Shown: positions 1-15,142, counted from the stretch's first letter. The stretch: 64,000 nt of DNA from the human T2T-CHM13v2.0 reference genome, Homo sapiens (GCF_009914755.1 NC_060932.1), one strand, 5' to 3'. The notes: generated by a model from the letters alone, not told the origin. A program made the numbers and translations.

Positions 1-193
1 ATTAATCCTCACATCAAATTTATGAGATTATTACTATTTTCTCCAATTTGCATATGAGGAAACTGAGACACAGAAAGGTTAACTTACCCAAGAGTAACTT
101 ACCCAAGTAACTTACCCAAGAGGACACAGATAGTAAGTGGTGGAAATGGTATTGCAACCCAGTCATCTGGCTTTAGGCTCATGCTTGACCATT
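1..193 (-). mobile_element. MIR SINE
   Basis: GAGGAAACTGAGACACAGAAAGGTTAACTTACCCAAG is the reverse complement of the MIR core; TAACTTACCCAAG occurs three times (80-92, 95-107, 108-120). Confidence 0.8.
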
Positions 194-1429
194 AGTTTAG
201 AGAAAAGGAGAGTGAAAACCACAATGGGCCTGAAAATCACTTTCTCTCCCTTTAAGAAAAAAAATTATCTGCTCTTTTTCAAGACTTAGAAGCCACAGAA
301 TGGTAGGCATACTGAAGACTTACTAGTCCAAAAAGACTATTTGGTCTGAAACCTGTTGGTCCTAAGGGTAGACTTTCAGAAATTTATAAAAGTGTGCCAC
401 AATAGGTATAGGCTGAATTCCAGAGCCTTATGTCGGATTGGCCACTCTAGAAAGGTCCTAAACTAAAGACTGCCACAGGGAGCAACCACATGAAAACCTT
501 TATTTGCTGCTAGCAGGAAGGTCATTCCCAAAGTGGGACAACCCTGGCTGGTAGTGAACAGAGGTTTTATATGTTACAGCAATGGAAATTGGTCAGGAGA
601 AAAGGAGAACAAAGAAACAAAAAAAATGAGGTATAGAGAGAGGCAAATGTTCTTAGATGGCTAAGGATATGTGAGTCCACTCTGTGAGGATTTAACAAGG
701 AGAACAGGTTGTAGTGGATTTGAGTGAGTCCTTTCATGTTTTTGGGTTTATCAAGAAAAACTTAGACTAGGGGTTTGCAACTCTTGGTTTAGGAGGTCAT
801 GTACAGGGTTTAAAATCTTCCCACTGTCAAGACTTATCTGCCAGTGGATGTTGAAGCAGAGCACCACTGCCTTTCCTTAATCCCAAAGCTTATTACCGGA
901 GGCTACCGTACTCAGCAATTAAAACCGAACAAAAATGTGCTACGTAAACGAATGAAACTAAGTTATTGTGACATGTTAGAAATAGCCAAAATACTTACCA
1001 TGGTATTATGAGGTTAAAAAAAAATTAACAAAGCTCCAAATAAATAACTAATTAGTACTTTTACTCAGACTATTAATTTTGCTTATCCACTACCCCTGGA
1101 AAATGTTCAGCACTGACAACAAGCATCATTGTTAGCATTTACCTTGTATTGTGCTTAAAGAGAAGTTTCATTAACACTAACAACATTATAACAACAAAGG
1201 AAAATTTTTTTCACATAATTTTATCACTCAGACACACCAATCTTTGCTTTTTTCTACACTACTTTCTTGTATGACTCTTAGTTATGATTTTCAACAATTT
1301 TTGGTTGCAATATAGAAGCAAGACATTTCTCTATTTGAGCCTCATGTGTAGAATTGATCATACACTCAGTTTATGAAGCTCCATCACTCTCAGTGCAATT
1401 GAGACCTTTCTCTTGTCCCCTTTTCTTAA

Positions 1430-3200
1430 TTCCCTTTATTCCTGACTCGCAAACACATTTCCTTCTCTAGTAGACATCAGCTTTTTGGATATGTATGCAC
1501 CCTTCTAAAACATGATATTTACAAGAGTTTTAAATGTACATATGTGGCATTTTGTTGTATAAGTTGCCTCGTATTTCCAGGAAACACAAATAATGCTGCA
1601 ATGAATATCCTTGCAAATATCACATAATGGACTTTGAGAGCATGTCTCTGAGATTTATACCCAAGAATGAGACTGCTGAGTCACAGGCTTTTTTCACAAT
1701 AGGTTTCATTAGGAACTGTCAGACTGCTGTTCAGAGTGACTCAAATCTTTTCATCAATTAGGCGTGAAGCTTCCAGTTGACTTACATTCTCTTCAGTATT
1801 GGGCAGTATCTGAATTTTAAAAATTTGCTAATTTGATGGCTCTAAAGTGATATTGTTGTTTAATTTGCATTTCTTTGGTTACTGATGAGTTTTAGGATCT
1901 CTAATCCATTCAGTTTTCCTTTTTTGTGTGATTTCTATTCCAGTACTTGTCCATTTTCTTTTCTTTTGATGTGCAAGAGTTTCCTGTTATTAAGATTTTA
2001 ATCCCTTGACTGTTTCAGATATTATTGATATCCTCTGCCATTCTGTCATCTGTTACTAACTTTGCCTATAATATTATTTGTAAAAAAGATATCTCTAATT
2101 TTTGTCAAATTGACAAGCATATCTTGTGTTTCGTGTAAATATATCTCTTTTCCATTACAAGATTATAAAGATAGTCCACTATATTTACTATTTTGACTTT
2201 CTAATTTTAAATTAATATCTTTAATCTGGCTTTCATTATAGTATATTTTGTAAAGTAAGGATCTAGGCTGGGCACGGTGGCTCATGCCTGTAATCTCAGC
2301 ACTTTGAGAGGCTGAGGTGGGCTATTGCTTGAGTCCAGGAGTTCAAGATGAGGCTGGGCAACATGGAGAAACCCCATCTCTATTAAAAACACACAAAAAA
2401 AATTTAGCCAGGTGTGGTGGTGCACACCTGTGGTCCCAGCTACTCAAAAGGATGAGGCATGAGAATCACCTGAGCCCAGGAAGTCAAGGCTGCAGTGAGC
2501 AGTGATTGCACCACTGCACTCCAGCCTGAGAAAAGGGGACAGGAGATCCTGTCTCAAACAAACAACAAGCAAAGTTAGGATCTAGTTTATTTTGCTCTGT
2601 ATACTGAATGAAATTTTTCCAGTATAATCTACTAAATGGGGAATTTTCTCCTCATTGGTTTTGATGCTCCTTTTCTCATATAGTTTTAATACATATGTAT
2701 ATGTATATATAGGATATATATGCATGCATGCATATTGTCTCTACTAAGTTTCATTAGTTTGTTCTCCACCAATATAATTTTGTTTCTATTACTAAGCCTT
2801 TATAGCTTTAAAATATAGTAGAAGATGCAACCTGCTTTGCTCTTATTTTTGCCTTATTGAGTTAGTTATTTGTGGTTTTTATATTCCACATAAATTCTAG
2901 AATAAGTGTTTTCATATTTTTGAAAAATGTGGCTAAAATTTCTATTTGATTAAATTAATTTAGAGATTAATCTGGGAAATAGTGATACCTTCACAATGAG
3001 ACTTCCCATCTGTGAACACAGTATATTTCTCCACTTATTCAAGTCTTTTTCAATATCCTTGAGAGTATTTTAAAATGTTCTCTATAAAAGTATTGTGCCA
3101 TATTGTTTAAATTAATTCCTAAAAGCCTCACAGTTTTTGCTGCTATCAAGAAAGGTATATCATTTTTGATTCCCTTTTCTGGTTGGTAACATTGGCATAG
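1430..3200 (-). mobile_element. Old L1M-type LINE relic interrupted by an Alu
   Basis: Antisense L1 motifs (AATGCTGCAATGAATATCCTT, TATACCCAAGAATGAGACTGCTGAGTCA, TTAATTTGCATTTCTTTGGTTACT); boundaries approximate. Confidence 0.65.
2266..2570 (+). mobile_element. AluJ-type SINE
   Basis: GGCTGGGCACGGTGGCTCATGCCTGTAAT start, dimeric, A-rich tail; TSD AAAGT(A/T)AGGATCTA. Confidence 0.95.
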
Positions 3201-3211
3201 AGAAGACGTAA

Positions 3212-3435
3212 CATTGGAAAACTATGACTGAGGGGCCAAATCTGGCCCACCAACCTGTTTTCGTAAGTAAGCACAGTTTTATTAAAACTCAATTACATCC
3301 AGTCACTTACAGATTGTCTATGGCTGCTTTCTTTTACACCACAATGGCAGAGTTGAATAGTTGTGATGGAGACTTATGGCTTGCAAGGGTGAAAATATTT
3401 ACTAACTTGTTTTTTACAGAAAAAGTGTGCAAGCA
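3212..3435 (+). mobile_element. MER58A (hAT-Charlie MITE)
   Basis: GGGCCAAATCTGGCCCAC...TTGTCTATGGCTGCTTT...ACAATGGCAGAGTTGAATAGTTGTGA...TTTACAGAAAAAGT follows the MER58A consensus. Confidence 0.85.
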
Positions 3436-3979
3436 CATGGAGTGGAGGCATTCTATTGATCTTGTATTATGTGGTCATTCTGAAGAGTTGTCAGCACTAA
3501 TGGCTTATCTCTTACTTTTTAATTCTTACACCATTCGTTCCCTTTTCTTTTCTTATTTTGTTGGCCATGATTTCCATTAGATTCCATTAGAATGCAAAAA
3601 CATCTAAGAAAGCAGACATTTATGACAATTATGAAATTTAAAGAAACTAACCTAAGTATTATATTCACAATAGGTTTTTGGAATATATTATTTGCAAGTT
3701 AATAAAGTACTCTCCCATACTTGACTTTCTAAAAAAAAAAAAAACTCACATTTTTTTCATAGCTAAGTGCTGTAAGAAATGCTTCTTCTACACCTGTTGA
3801 GATTCTAAAATGATTTTCTTCTTTTGTTCTTTATTCTACTAAATTGTTTGATACATTTTCTAATAATGTACTGCCTACTTAACCTTTTTCCATTTGGATA
3901 TCAATTATGTAGCACAAAAATAGCATATCCAAAAAGAAATTGCTGATTTTTTTTCTAACTTTCTTAATGTCATCGCCCC

Positions 3980-4850
3980 ACCTCCATTCTTGAAACATGT
4001 TCTATTCACATGTATCTTTCCCCTCTTGGAAATGGGAACAGAACAGTTCTTCCCCTTTCTTGGACGTAAATCTCCATTCATCTTTGAATTTTCTCTTTCA
4101 CAACTCATACATGATCTATCGACAGAACTTTAAATTCAAAACATCCCCAGAATTGATTACTTCTTGCCGTCTCCACCGTCTTCATCCTGGCACCGTGGCC
4201 TCTCTGTTGAAGTATTGAAACAGGTCTTTTCCTGCTTCTACTTCTGGTCCCACAGTCTATTCTTCACCCTTGCATTCCATATGCTACCCTCATTCCATAT
4301 GCTACCCTCCACATGCAAAAGCACTGCTTTTAATACAAAGTCCGATCAATCACTCCCCTGATTAAAAACTTCAAATGGCTTTTCATCTTATTTAGTGTAA
4401 AAGCCAAAGTTGTTATGATAGCCTGAAACACCCACAAAATGGATCTCCAACCGCCCTACTTTCCTTAGCTTCTACCCTGTTACTCAGGGCATTGACACTT
4501 GCTTTTCACTCTGCATAGAATGTCCTCTTTTTCATCAGCCACTGACTCACTCACAGCCCTCAGTTCTCTGCTCACATGCACTTAGCAGCAAGGCTTTCCC
4601 GGACAGCACCCCTCTTTCCTGCTCCCTGACCCATACTCTTGGGTACTTGCCTTCCTTGGTCTTTGTCACCTACAGAATGTATTTACATCTTTATAAATTC
4701 ATTTTCTCTCTCCACAATGGAATATAAAAAATAGACTATATAAACTCCATGACAGCAGTAGTATTTGCTTGTTTCGTTCAATTGCACATCCATAGAACCT
4801 TAAAGAATTTCTTACATGCATTACATGCTCTATAAATATTGACTTAGTAA
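3980..4850 (+). mobile_element. L2 LINE 3' fragment
   Basis: L2 motifs (TCACTCCCCTGATTAAAACTTCAAATGGCTTTTCAT, TATAAACTCCATGACAGCAG, TGCTCTATAAATATT); exact 18-bp tandem duplication CATTCCATATGCTACCCT at 4273-4308. Confidence 0.7.
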
Positions 4851-5519
4851 ATTTAAGCTATATAAAGTATTACTTGCAGTTGTTTTCATTTATTTGACTA
4901 ATGGTGATTCTATATACTTGCTACTGATTTTTAAATATAATGATCTATTTGTATTCTTTTCTAATTGGTATCTTAATCATTTCTTGTAAATCTAAAGAAC
5001 ATTTCCTTCAAATTTTTCACATATTTTTATTGTCTACATTCTTTTTCTACACATGTGTTAAATTGTTTTGTCATTGTATCTGTGAGTCCTCTCCTTTGTA
5101 ATTTATTTTATCATATCATCTATTGGAAAATTAGTAGTTCTCTGAAGATATAATAATTTTTCTATTTTTGATTAATTTATCTTTCTTCCTTTTAAACGTA
5201 ATACTTTATATGCTCTGCAATTTATTTCTATATATGGTAAAAAAGGTGTGGGAGTCTTAAAAATATTATTTTCTCACCTCCTTGAATAATGATCTTAAAA
5301 CTGTTTATTAAATGTTTCTCCCTTTCTCCTTTGTTTGGAGTTAACTACATTCTTATTTATAACTGAATCTATAATGTTTGCTGCCCCCGTTAATCTAAGT
5401 TTCTATATTTCTACTTGTCTAATACTTTATTTTTCTTCTTTTTCAGATTTTTTTCTGAAATTTAAAGTTGATAAATTTTAGAATAATGTCAGAAGTTTTT
5501 TTCAAATTATATTTTAATT

Positions 5520-5857
<338 letters not shown>

Positions 5858-5873
5858 TGAGATTATTTTTGTT

Positions 5874-6161
5874 CTGCACTATTTGATTTGGTAGCCACCA
5901 GTCATAGGTGTAGCTAGTGCAAGTTGAAATGTGTTGTAAATGTAAATTATATACCTATTATCAAACAGTACAAAAAGAAGAATGCGAAATATCTCATTAA
6001 TAACTTTTGCATTGATTACATGTCAGAATGACTATTACAGTTATTGTAGGTTAAATATATTAAACTTAATCCTACCTGTTTCTTTTTACTTTTTCTGATG
6101 TGGCTAGTAAAAGCTTTAAAATTACAATGTAGTTGGCATTTTATTTCTATGGGAGAGTGCT
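5874..6161 (-). mobile_element. MER33 (hAT-Charlie)
   Basis: GGTAGCCACCAGTCA...ATATCTCATTAATAA...ATGTGGCTAGTAAAAG matches antisense MER33. Confidence 0.75.
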
Positions 6162-6671
6162 ATATCAAATAGTTTAAATTACTTTGGGATTGATTTACAT
6201 GTTTGTTATCCCTTTCAAAGAATATAGTATTTAAGCCTTTTTGCATAAATGCAAATAAAGCTATCTTATGTTTAGCTTTATCATCATCACACAAATACAT
6301 ATATATATACAGACAAATATATATATATGCATATATACATATATATGTACATATGTACATGTAGACATATCTACATGGGACATGTAGAGAGTGAAGGATA
6401 TGGACAATATCCAGGAGGAAATACCTAGCTTATGGCTGAATATATAAGTGTAAAGCACAGGAGAAAAATAGGAGCTGAAAATCCAATGTGAGTATCATTA
6501 ACCCATTATTTGGCATCAAGCATTTATAGGGTCTTGTTTCAACTGTTTTCTGATTAAAATATTTGCTCATTTGCTAATAAGGCTTTATAATTTCCAGGAG
6601 TATTTGGATTTCCATGTGATAATCTTTTGACCAAAAAAAAAAAAAAAGAAAGAAAACCCTTAGAGACTTAA

Positions 6672-7028
<357 letters not shown>

Positions 7029-8854
7029 TAAGACTAACCTTCTCCTAGGAGGGGTATGTCTGAGGAAAGTGCTCTAGAAAGCCCTCCACACAATGAGTCA
7101 AGAAGGGAGGGGTTGAAGGGTGAGCACATAGCTAAGGCAAGAGAAGGAGAACTCAGCCAAGAACAGCCAGACATTCTGCTGAACTATGTGTATTTATTGA
7201 TGGGAGCACCTTAGGGATGGAGTTGGGTGGATGAGAGGGTCAGGATACAGACAGCATATAAGCTAGGTAGAGCCAGCTCTGACATGGATAAAAATAGAGG
7301 AGACAGTTGGGAATAGCAGATTGCAGAGTAGACTATTACTAAATAAAGAATGAATAGGTGCCCAAAGCTCTTGGGCTGCTGGAGGGAGTGACCTTCCAGA
7401 AAAGGTGAGCCTCCCTCCTTACGGCCAGAGCATTAGCTTTCTCTGCCACAACAACACCAGGAAAGGCTGAATCTAAGATTGTGTCTGGGAAATTCTGGCC
7501 TCTCTTTCGGGGCTTTTCAGCCAAAGTCCATTTCTTCTTGCTTTATAGGAGTTGCTGACTGTGTCTGACATCATGGACGCAGTTCCATTGCAGCCTGAGC
7601 ATTAACATGCGGGGTGCATTTTAACTCTTGGCAATGGCCTTCTTGCTAAATTCCTTAACTGGTGGATATCAGTTGGAAGTCTCTAGAGATCACTTGGAAT
7701 CTCAATGACTCTCATGCAAACAACCACCAATTCTCCAAGAGATGCTAACACGAGTAACCAGGGACATGCTAAAAGAGTGCTCAGATGCATGTCTTCATTC
7801 CAAGACCCTGCCCAGCCCCTCTGGCAATCCCTGGCTGGATTTGATTGCCTTCCAGATGATTTTGTTTGATAAATGTGAACTAACAATGTTAAAAAACTAA
7901 GAGAAGATTCTGATAGAACACTTAAGAGAATTGGGAACCATTTTTTAGAGGTTTTTTCCCCTTTTTGATTAAAGACTGTGTTATCCTTACTCCTTCACCG
8001 TTTGGCGCTGTATTTCATGAAGGTGAGAGACAGGAAGTCGATTGTCAACAACTGGGGAAAATTGAGCTATAAACAGGAGCTCTGATTTTACAGTTATTTT
8101 AGTCATGGATAGTTTTTCTTTTTTGGAACTTTCATATGGGATAATTTTGTGAACCAAAAATCTGTATACAGAAACTACTTAGTAGAATATATAGACATAA
8201 ATGTAGAAAGATAAATAGATACTGCTCCTTTTCAGTCTTCAGTGACTTTTGCTAAGAGGTATTGGGTAATCTGGGAGACTCTGTACGGTAGTCACATTTT
8301 GGTGTCTAGAGAGTTCCAGGTTCTTCTGGCTGGTTACCAGCTGCCCGCTCCCTTGAATTCACACTATCTCATTCTGCAGCAGAAGCTGCTTTCTATTCCT
8401 CAGTGAAATTAATGGGAAATAATTGTATCTAAACAAAATTGTCCTTCTTTAAGACCAGTCCTAGGGGATTATATTTGTCTGTATGACATTCAAAGAAAGA
8501 AATACAATTCTGGCTCCAAAAATCATTGAAAAGTAATGTAGGCCTCTACTGAACAGTCCTTGAAGACATCCAAGGAGGCTGGGATACAGCAGGGTTCACA
8601 CAATACATTACAAATTAAGTTTCCTAAAAACCTCTATTAGACATCTTTCCTTTCCCACAAATGTTCTGTGGTTATATAAATCTCTACAAACCCCCAAACC
8701 TAGTCCCCAGTCTGTCTCTTTAAATGATTTTCTTTATGTAAAACAATCTATTCCCTCCCTAAAAGGGTACAATAACATGTATGTATGATTGTAGTTACTT
8801 ATATGTTTAATATGTTTGTTTTTGTCATGTAGAGATTGAATTTTTTCTTATTAG

Positions 8855-9591
<737 letters not shown>

Positions 9592-9639
9592 GTGCATGCC
9601 TTTTTCTCATAGAACAGTGGAAACCTTATGGGACCCAAC

Positions 9640-9770
9640 ATCTGAAGACCTGGCTTTGGGCCCCGGCAGTAGTCTTCCTGCTGGGCGGACCTTGGGTAGG
9701 TCACCTAGTCACATGGTGCCTCAGTCTCCCCAACAGTAAACATGGAGGGATGGTATAGCTGTCCTCATTA
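9640..9770 (+). mobile_element. MIR SINE fragment
   Basis: GACCTTGGGTAGGTCACCTA...GTGCCTCAGTCTCCCCAACAGTAAA. Confidence 0.6.
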
Positions 9771-10043
9771 AACCTTAGCTGCCACCGTACAAGTGAACCA
9801 GAAGGTTTTGTTGTGGTATTTAGTCTGGCACTGAGCAAGGAAAATCATTGTTCTCTTCTCAGCCTCCATCTTGCCATCCATTAAATGGGGCTGTCATGGG
9901 GCACACAGGAGATAACAGATACGAAGCAAAATTATGAGCAAGATCCAAACATAAGAGATGATTACAACCTCATGATTCAAGAAAAAGAGTTATGGCCCTC
10001 CCTCCTTTGTGTGAAATTTAGGGAAGGCTTTTGGTGTAGGGGA

Positions 10044-10407
10044 CTATATTCGTTTGGTAGGGCTGCCATAACAAATACCACAGACTAAGTGGCTTAAACA
10101 AACAGAAATGTATGTCCTCACATTGATGATGGCTAGAAGTTCAAGACCAAAGTGTTGCAGTGCTGGTTTCATTCTGAGGACTCTCTTGCCTTGTCTTCTC
10201 CCTTGTCTTCATGTGACCTTCCCTCTAATCCTGTCTTTGTTCCTATAAGGACTCCAGTCTTATTGGATTGGAGCCTATGCATATGACCTCATTTGACCTT
10301 AATTACCCCTTTAAGGGCCCTGTCTCTAAATACAGTCACCTTCTGAAGTGCTAGAGGTTAGGACTTGACATATGAATTTTGAGGAGGCATGACTCAGCAC
10401 ATTAAGA
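10044..10407 (-). mobile_element. MLT1A/B-type MaLR solo LTR
   Basis: AGGGCTGCCATAACAAATACCACAGACT...AAATACAGTCACCTTCTGAAG...GGTTAGGACTTGACATATGAATTTT. Confidence 0.85.
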
Positions 10408-10462
10408 GGGTTGTCACCTTACTTTTTGAGACAGTAATTTTGCTTTCAAGATTTTGTTATAT

Positions 10463-10697
10463 GGCTCACTGCAAGCTCCGCCTCCCAGGTTCACGCCATT
10501 CTCCTGCCTCAGCCTCCTGAGTAGCTGGGACTACAGGCGCCTGCCACCATGCCTGGCTAATTTTTTTTTTGGTATTTTTAGGAGAGATGGAGTTTCACCA
10601 TGTTAGCCAGGATGGTCTCGATCTCCTGACCTCGTGATCCGCCCACCTCGGCCTCCCAAAGTGCTGGGATTACAGGCGTGAGCCACCGTGCCCGGCC
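10463..10697 (-). mobile_element. AluY-type SINE lacking its 3' end and tail
   Basis: GCAAGCTCCGCCTCCCAGGTTCACGCCATT and GTTAGCCAGGATGGTCTCGATCTC diagnostics. Confidence 0.92.
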
Positions 10698-11187
10698 ATG
10701 ACTGACTTATTGTAACTGCCTTCAGTTGTTTTGTGAACAGTTAAATTAATATCCTGGTTTTTTCCCCATTTGTCCACTAGCAATTTGAAGAACATTGAAA
10801 TTCTGAATTTTGTACCTTTAGTCTTTCAGTTGGTTACGGTTTCAAGCAAGAATGATATTATCCTTGAGACTTTATTCATCAATTTCCTTTGAGATTTGTT
10901 TGTTGTTTTCTTGCCAAGTCACAAAGAAGTAAACATTACCAGTGATTCATCTTAGTTGATAACTACCTTCCAAAACAGGAAAGAGCATTTCCATTATATA
11001 CAATTTCCTTTAAAGTAGTAATTCATTGTTAATTGTAATTGCCCAAACCATTTTCTGGTGACCAACTAAACCTTGTACTTTTCTGTACTTTTGTAGATCA
11101 AAGATAAAGAAATGGAAACTATAACTTTCAGTAGTATCAGAAAAAATTGTATAAAGTAATGAAGTAAACAGGATAATTTTTTAGGAA

Positions 11188-12445
11188 ATGCTTACTTTCT
11201 ATATTTGTTAGGGTGGCAAAGGCAGAATGTATTTAATGTGTATTTCTAATTGGAATTTGTATTTCTAATATATATATGTGTATACATATATACACACATA
11301 TATATATCTCCAATTAGATGTATATATATACACATATATCTCCAATTAGAAATAATTGCTATGTGTATCTGTAATTGGATATGTGTATAAATATATAAAA
11401 TATATATTAGAGATACACATGAAGTACATTCTGTCTTTGCCACTCTAACAAATATAGAAAGTAAGCATATATATATATATACACACACACAAAATTAATT
11501 TTCCCAGATCTCACCACCTATGATACAAATGGAGTCATTTTAATAGATATCATTCAAACTCTACTAGCTTTTAAAAGCTTGCCCTGATCAAAAATAAGCT
11601 TAGCTTCCTCAATAGGTGTTTAGGGAGACCTGAGCATAGTTGGGGATTGAGCTTAAAGAGAGGTATATTATCATCTTAAACTGAAAATAAACCCTTTTTT
11701 CTGAAGACCAAAATCTCCTTACTGAGTCAAGTCCCTTGTATCTGAATCCTTTGGTAAGATTGGAGTCTCTCTCGGAAGTTTCTTCAGCCCTCTTGCAAAA
11801 AGATTTTAGCTGGCCAGGCAGGCAAGTTCCCCAGACACATTCACGTGCTCTTGAACCCTGGCTACAGGTCAAGTGAGGACTCTTGCCACATATGAAATCC
11901 TTTATACTAAGAACTTTTTACAAAGTTCCCATTGTATTATCTCTTTCAAATATCAAAGCAGAAGTGTTTACTAAGTATAATTGTTCTAAATTTGGGGATG
12001 AGAAAACTGAACTGCAATGAGGTTAAGTAACTTGCCAAGGTTGTACCTCTAGTAAGTGGCAGTCCTAAGATCAGAACCCAAAATTTTAGAATCAAATCCA
12101 GGGATTTGATTCTAAACCCTATATCCCATTATATATATGTAAAATGATAGATAGTTTGAATGACAGATATAAAAGCTAGTAGAGTTTGAATATCTATTAA
12201 GATAACTTCATTTGCATCATAGGTGGTGAGATCTGGGAAAATTAGTTGTGTATATATATATGTATGTTTACTCTCTATATTTGTTAGGGTGGCAAAGGCA
12301 GGATGTATTTAATATGTATTTCTAATATATATTTTATATATATATGCATATCCAACTAGAGATACACATAGCAATTATTTCTAATTGGAGATATATATGT
12401 ATGTGTGTGTATACATATATATACACACACACACATCTAATTGGA
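11188..12445. repeat. Nested inverted duplication/triplication
   Basis: 63-bp unit at 11188-11250 (+), 11406-11468 (-) and 12264-12326 (+); long inverted arms 11309-11573 and 12170-12445. Confidence 0.95.
11985..12085 (-). mobile_element. MIR fragment
   Basis: GATGAGAAAACTGAACTGCAATGAGGTTAAGTAACTTGCCAAGG. Confidence 0.75.
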
Positions 12446-14683
12446 TGTACATATACCATATATATATATACACACACACACATATATACACACACACAAA
12501 CACACACACATATATATATATACACACACATATATATATATACACTTGGGATATAGGGTTAGGTAACACCTCCTATCTGTTATCTAATTTCATTGGCCAA
12601 CTTTATAATGGCAGAGGAACCACCTGTGAGAAGAACCAGAACATGGTCTATGATAGGAATTCAAATATATATATGTGCCCAATTAATTAGAAGAGGGAAA
12701 AATGACAGAAAGCAAATTATAAGAAGGAATTGTGGGCCCCTTGAAAGAATTTACTCAAAGTGGGGAGACTCGGAGAAGGGTCTGCATCTGGAACTGGTGT
12801 AGGGCTGGAACCGGAACCCACCCTGATACCAGACAAACTGGAAGTTTCCTAATACCATAGGGAGGAAGATTTGTATTTAAATGTAGTGGGCTCTTGCAGC
12901 TTGGGTCACACACAAGTTTGCTGATCCAGAGGAGGAAGGGGCTTCCTCCTAATTTCCCAAAGGAGAAAGTTTCTGAGTAGACCACCTAAGCGGCCGTTTG
13001 CAGTGAGCAGCAGCACACAACAGAACAATAGTTCTGAGGATGCTGCAAGGGAATAACTGGCATCTGCTGAAGTAGAACTTCACAAGCCCTGGTCTAGGGT
13101 ACACCAGGGAGATGATGGGTCCAGATCCATCCAGAAGCTGGCAGAGACAGTCCCTGGGGACGCTCAGAAGAAAGAGAGAGGGAGAGGGACCCTCAGAATT
13201 TGTCAAAGTAGTGAGTGTCATTGAGCTAAAGGGGAGTCTAAATAACACACTGATCTCATTTGAGTCCACAGGTTAATGAGGTCAGGAAAAATTTGGAAGA
13301 CACTTATTAAGCCACCATGAGTGACCTAAGAAGCACAGATCAAGCAAAAATCTACGGATGTTGTTATATTTCTGGATTTAGGAATAACAGTTTATTGTTT
13401 GTGTCTGGTTAGTGATTCTGAGGGTGAGGTTAGAAATACACATGGTTTGCTAAATATGAATTTTGTTTATTCCAATTCTTACCATAACTGACAGGCTATA
13501 ACTGCATGTATGAATTCCTTCTTTGTTTACTTTTTCCCATGGCCAAGGGGGGCCGGAGGACTGGTCTAATAATAAAATAATGCTTATTCTCCAGATGGTG
13601 TAGTAAGGTCAGAAATACATATTGGTGCAATTTTATTTTCAGAAAAAGCCTGTCTATAAATCTAAAGTGTCTTTTTTTAAGCATTTCAGATGGCATTTGA
13701 GATGTCTTGATATCTATTAAAGGTTTAGGTATTGAGGACTTTAAGACTTTTCTTCCATTAGTTAATGTTAATTGAGACTCAAAGGACCCTTGGACCCAGG
13801 GCTCCAAAGTCTACATTTGTGTGAGATGGTTGTTTTCCAGACTGTAGACTCCACTGTGGAGATTTTCTGTGTACTACTCTGAGCTCTAGGCCCAGAGAGT
13901 TCGAGCATTTCTTTGAGGAAAAAAAAAGAAGAATCTCTTCTTCCTGTTTCTGCCGTTTTGAACAGACACATGACACTGGCAGCAGCTGGCTTCCAAGAGG
14001 GATTATTTTCACTGAAGTTGGTGCTATGAATTATTTCTTTCCTTGTTATCTGAGGGAGAAATAAAAGTTGTACTCCAGGTATTTTGTGTTCTGTGAATCT
14101 TTCTTCCCAATGTAAAACCTAATTATTTGGCTTCTAACTGAACCCACTTCCCTTAAAGAAAGGGAAAATTCAAGTTCAGAGCTAAATAAATCTCCTCTCT
14201 GTCCCATTTAATTACAGAAATGAAGAATGAATAACCTGGAAAAAAACCATATAATGTATATATGCAGCTTTTTTTTTTTATTTCAGAAAAGGATTTTATT
14301 AAATTTTCATAATGTCCTAAGTTAAGAAAATCTTTTATTAAAAATTCTGATGATTTGCTTTTGCAGCCAAAGTTGTGGGAAGGAAAAAAGATTACAGACT
14401 TAAATTTTTAAAAATCAATATGTTGCCATTTATGAGAACAATATTTCAGGAGGGAAACCGGAGAATGCTCACTAGTCAAGAGTTGGGGACCACTCAACCC
14501 TGTTTCTTAATATTACAGAATTACAGTCTGCCTTTAAACCCCAGTATTCTCAGGTCCAACCCTTCCTCTGACAATCAATATTGTTGCAGAAATTGCTTTA
14601 TGGGAATAACTTCATGATTCATAGGAGAGGGTGAGCCTTGTGCTCACAAGTAAATAAACTTTTTTGTTTTACAAGTAAATAAG

Positions 14684-14997
14684 TTTTTGTTTTGTTTTGC
14701 TTTGTTTTTTTGAGACAGAGTCTTGCTTTGTAACACGAAGGCTGGAGTGCAGTGGCAGCGATCTCAGATCACTGCAACCTCCGCCTCCCAGGTTCAAGCG
14801 ATTCTCCTGCCTCAGCCTCCTGAGTAGCTGGGATTACTGGTGCCTGCTGCCACATCATGCTAATTTTTGTAATTTTAGTAGAGATGGGGGTTTCACAATG
14901 TTGACCAGGCTGGTCTCGAACTTCTGACCACAGGTGATCTGCCCACCTCGGCCTCCCAAAGTGCTGGGATTACAGACGTGAGCCACCGTGACTGGCC
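14684..14997 (-). mobile_element. AluS-type SINE
   Basis: Full antisense Alu; TSD GTAAATAAG. Confidence 0.95.
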
Positions 14998-15142
14998 GTA
15001 AATAAGCTTTTAAAGTAAAAAATAATAACATGCATTTGAAAATATGGTGAGTAGCAAGGGTTGGTTTAAAAGAACAAAGGTGAATATGACATTGAAGTTC
15101 TGTAATGAGGTCCTGATGGTTTTACAAAAGTGTAAAAATTTA

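Noticed and set aside
11188-11468. Novel MITE with 63-bp TIRs
   Set aside because: No TSD, and the right arm belongs to a longer inverted duplication with a third copy.
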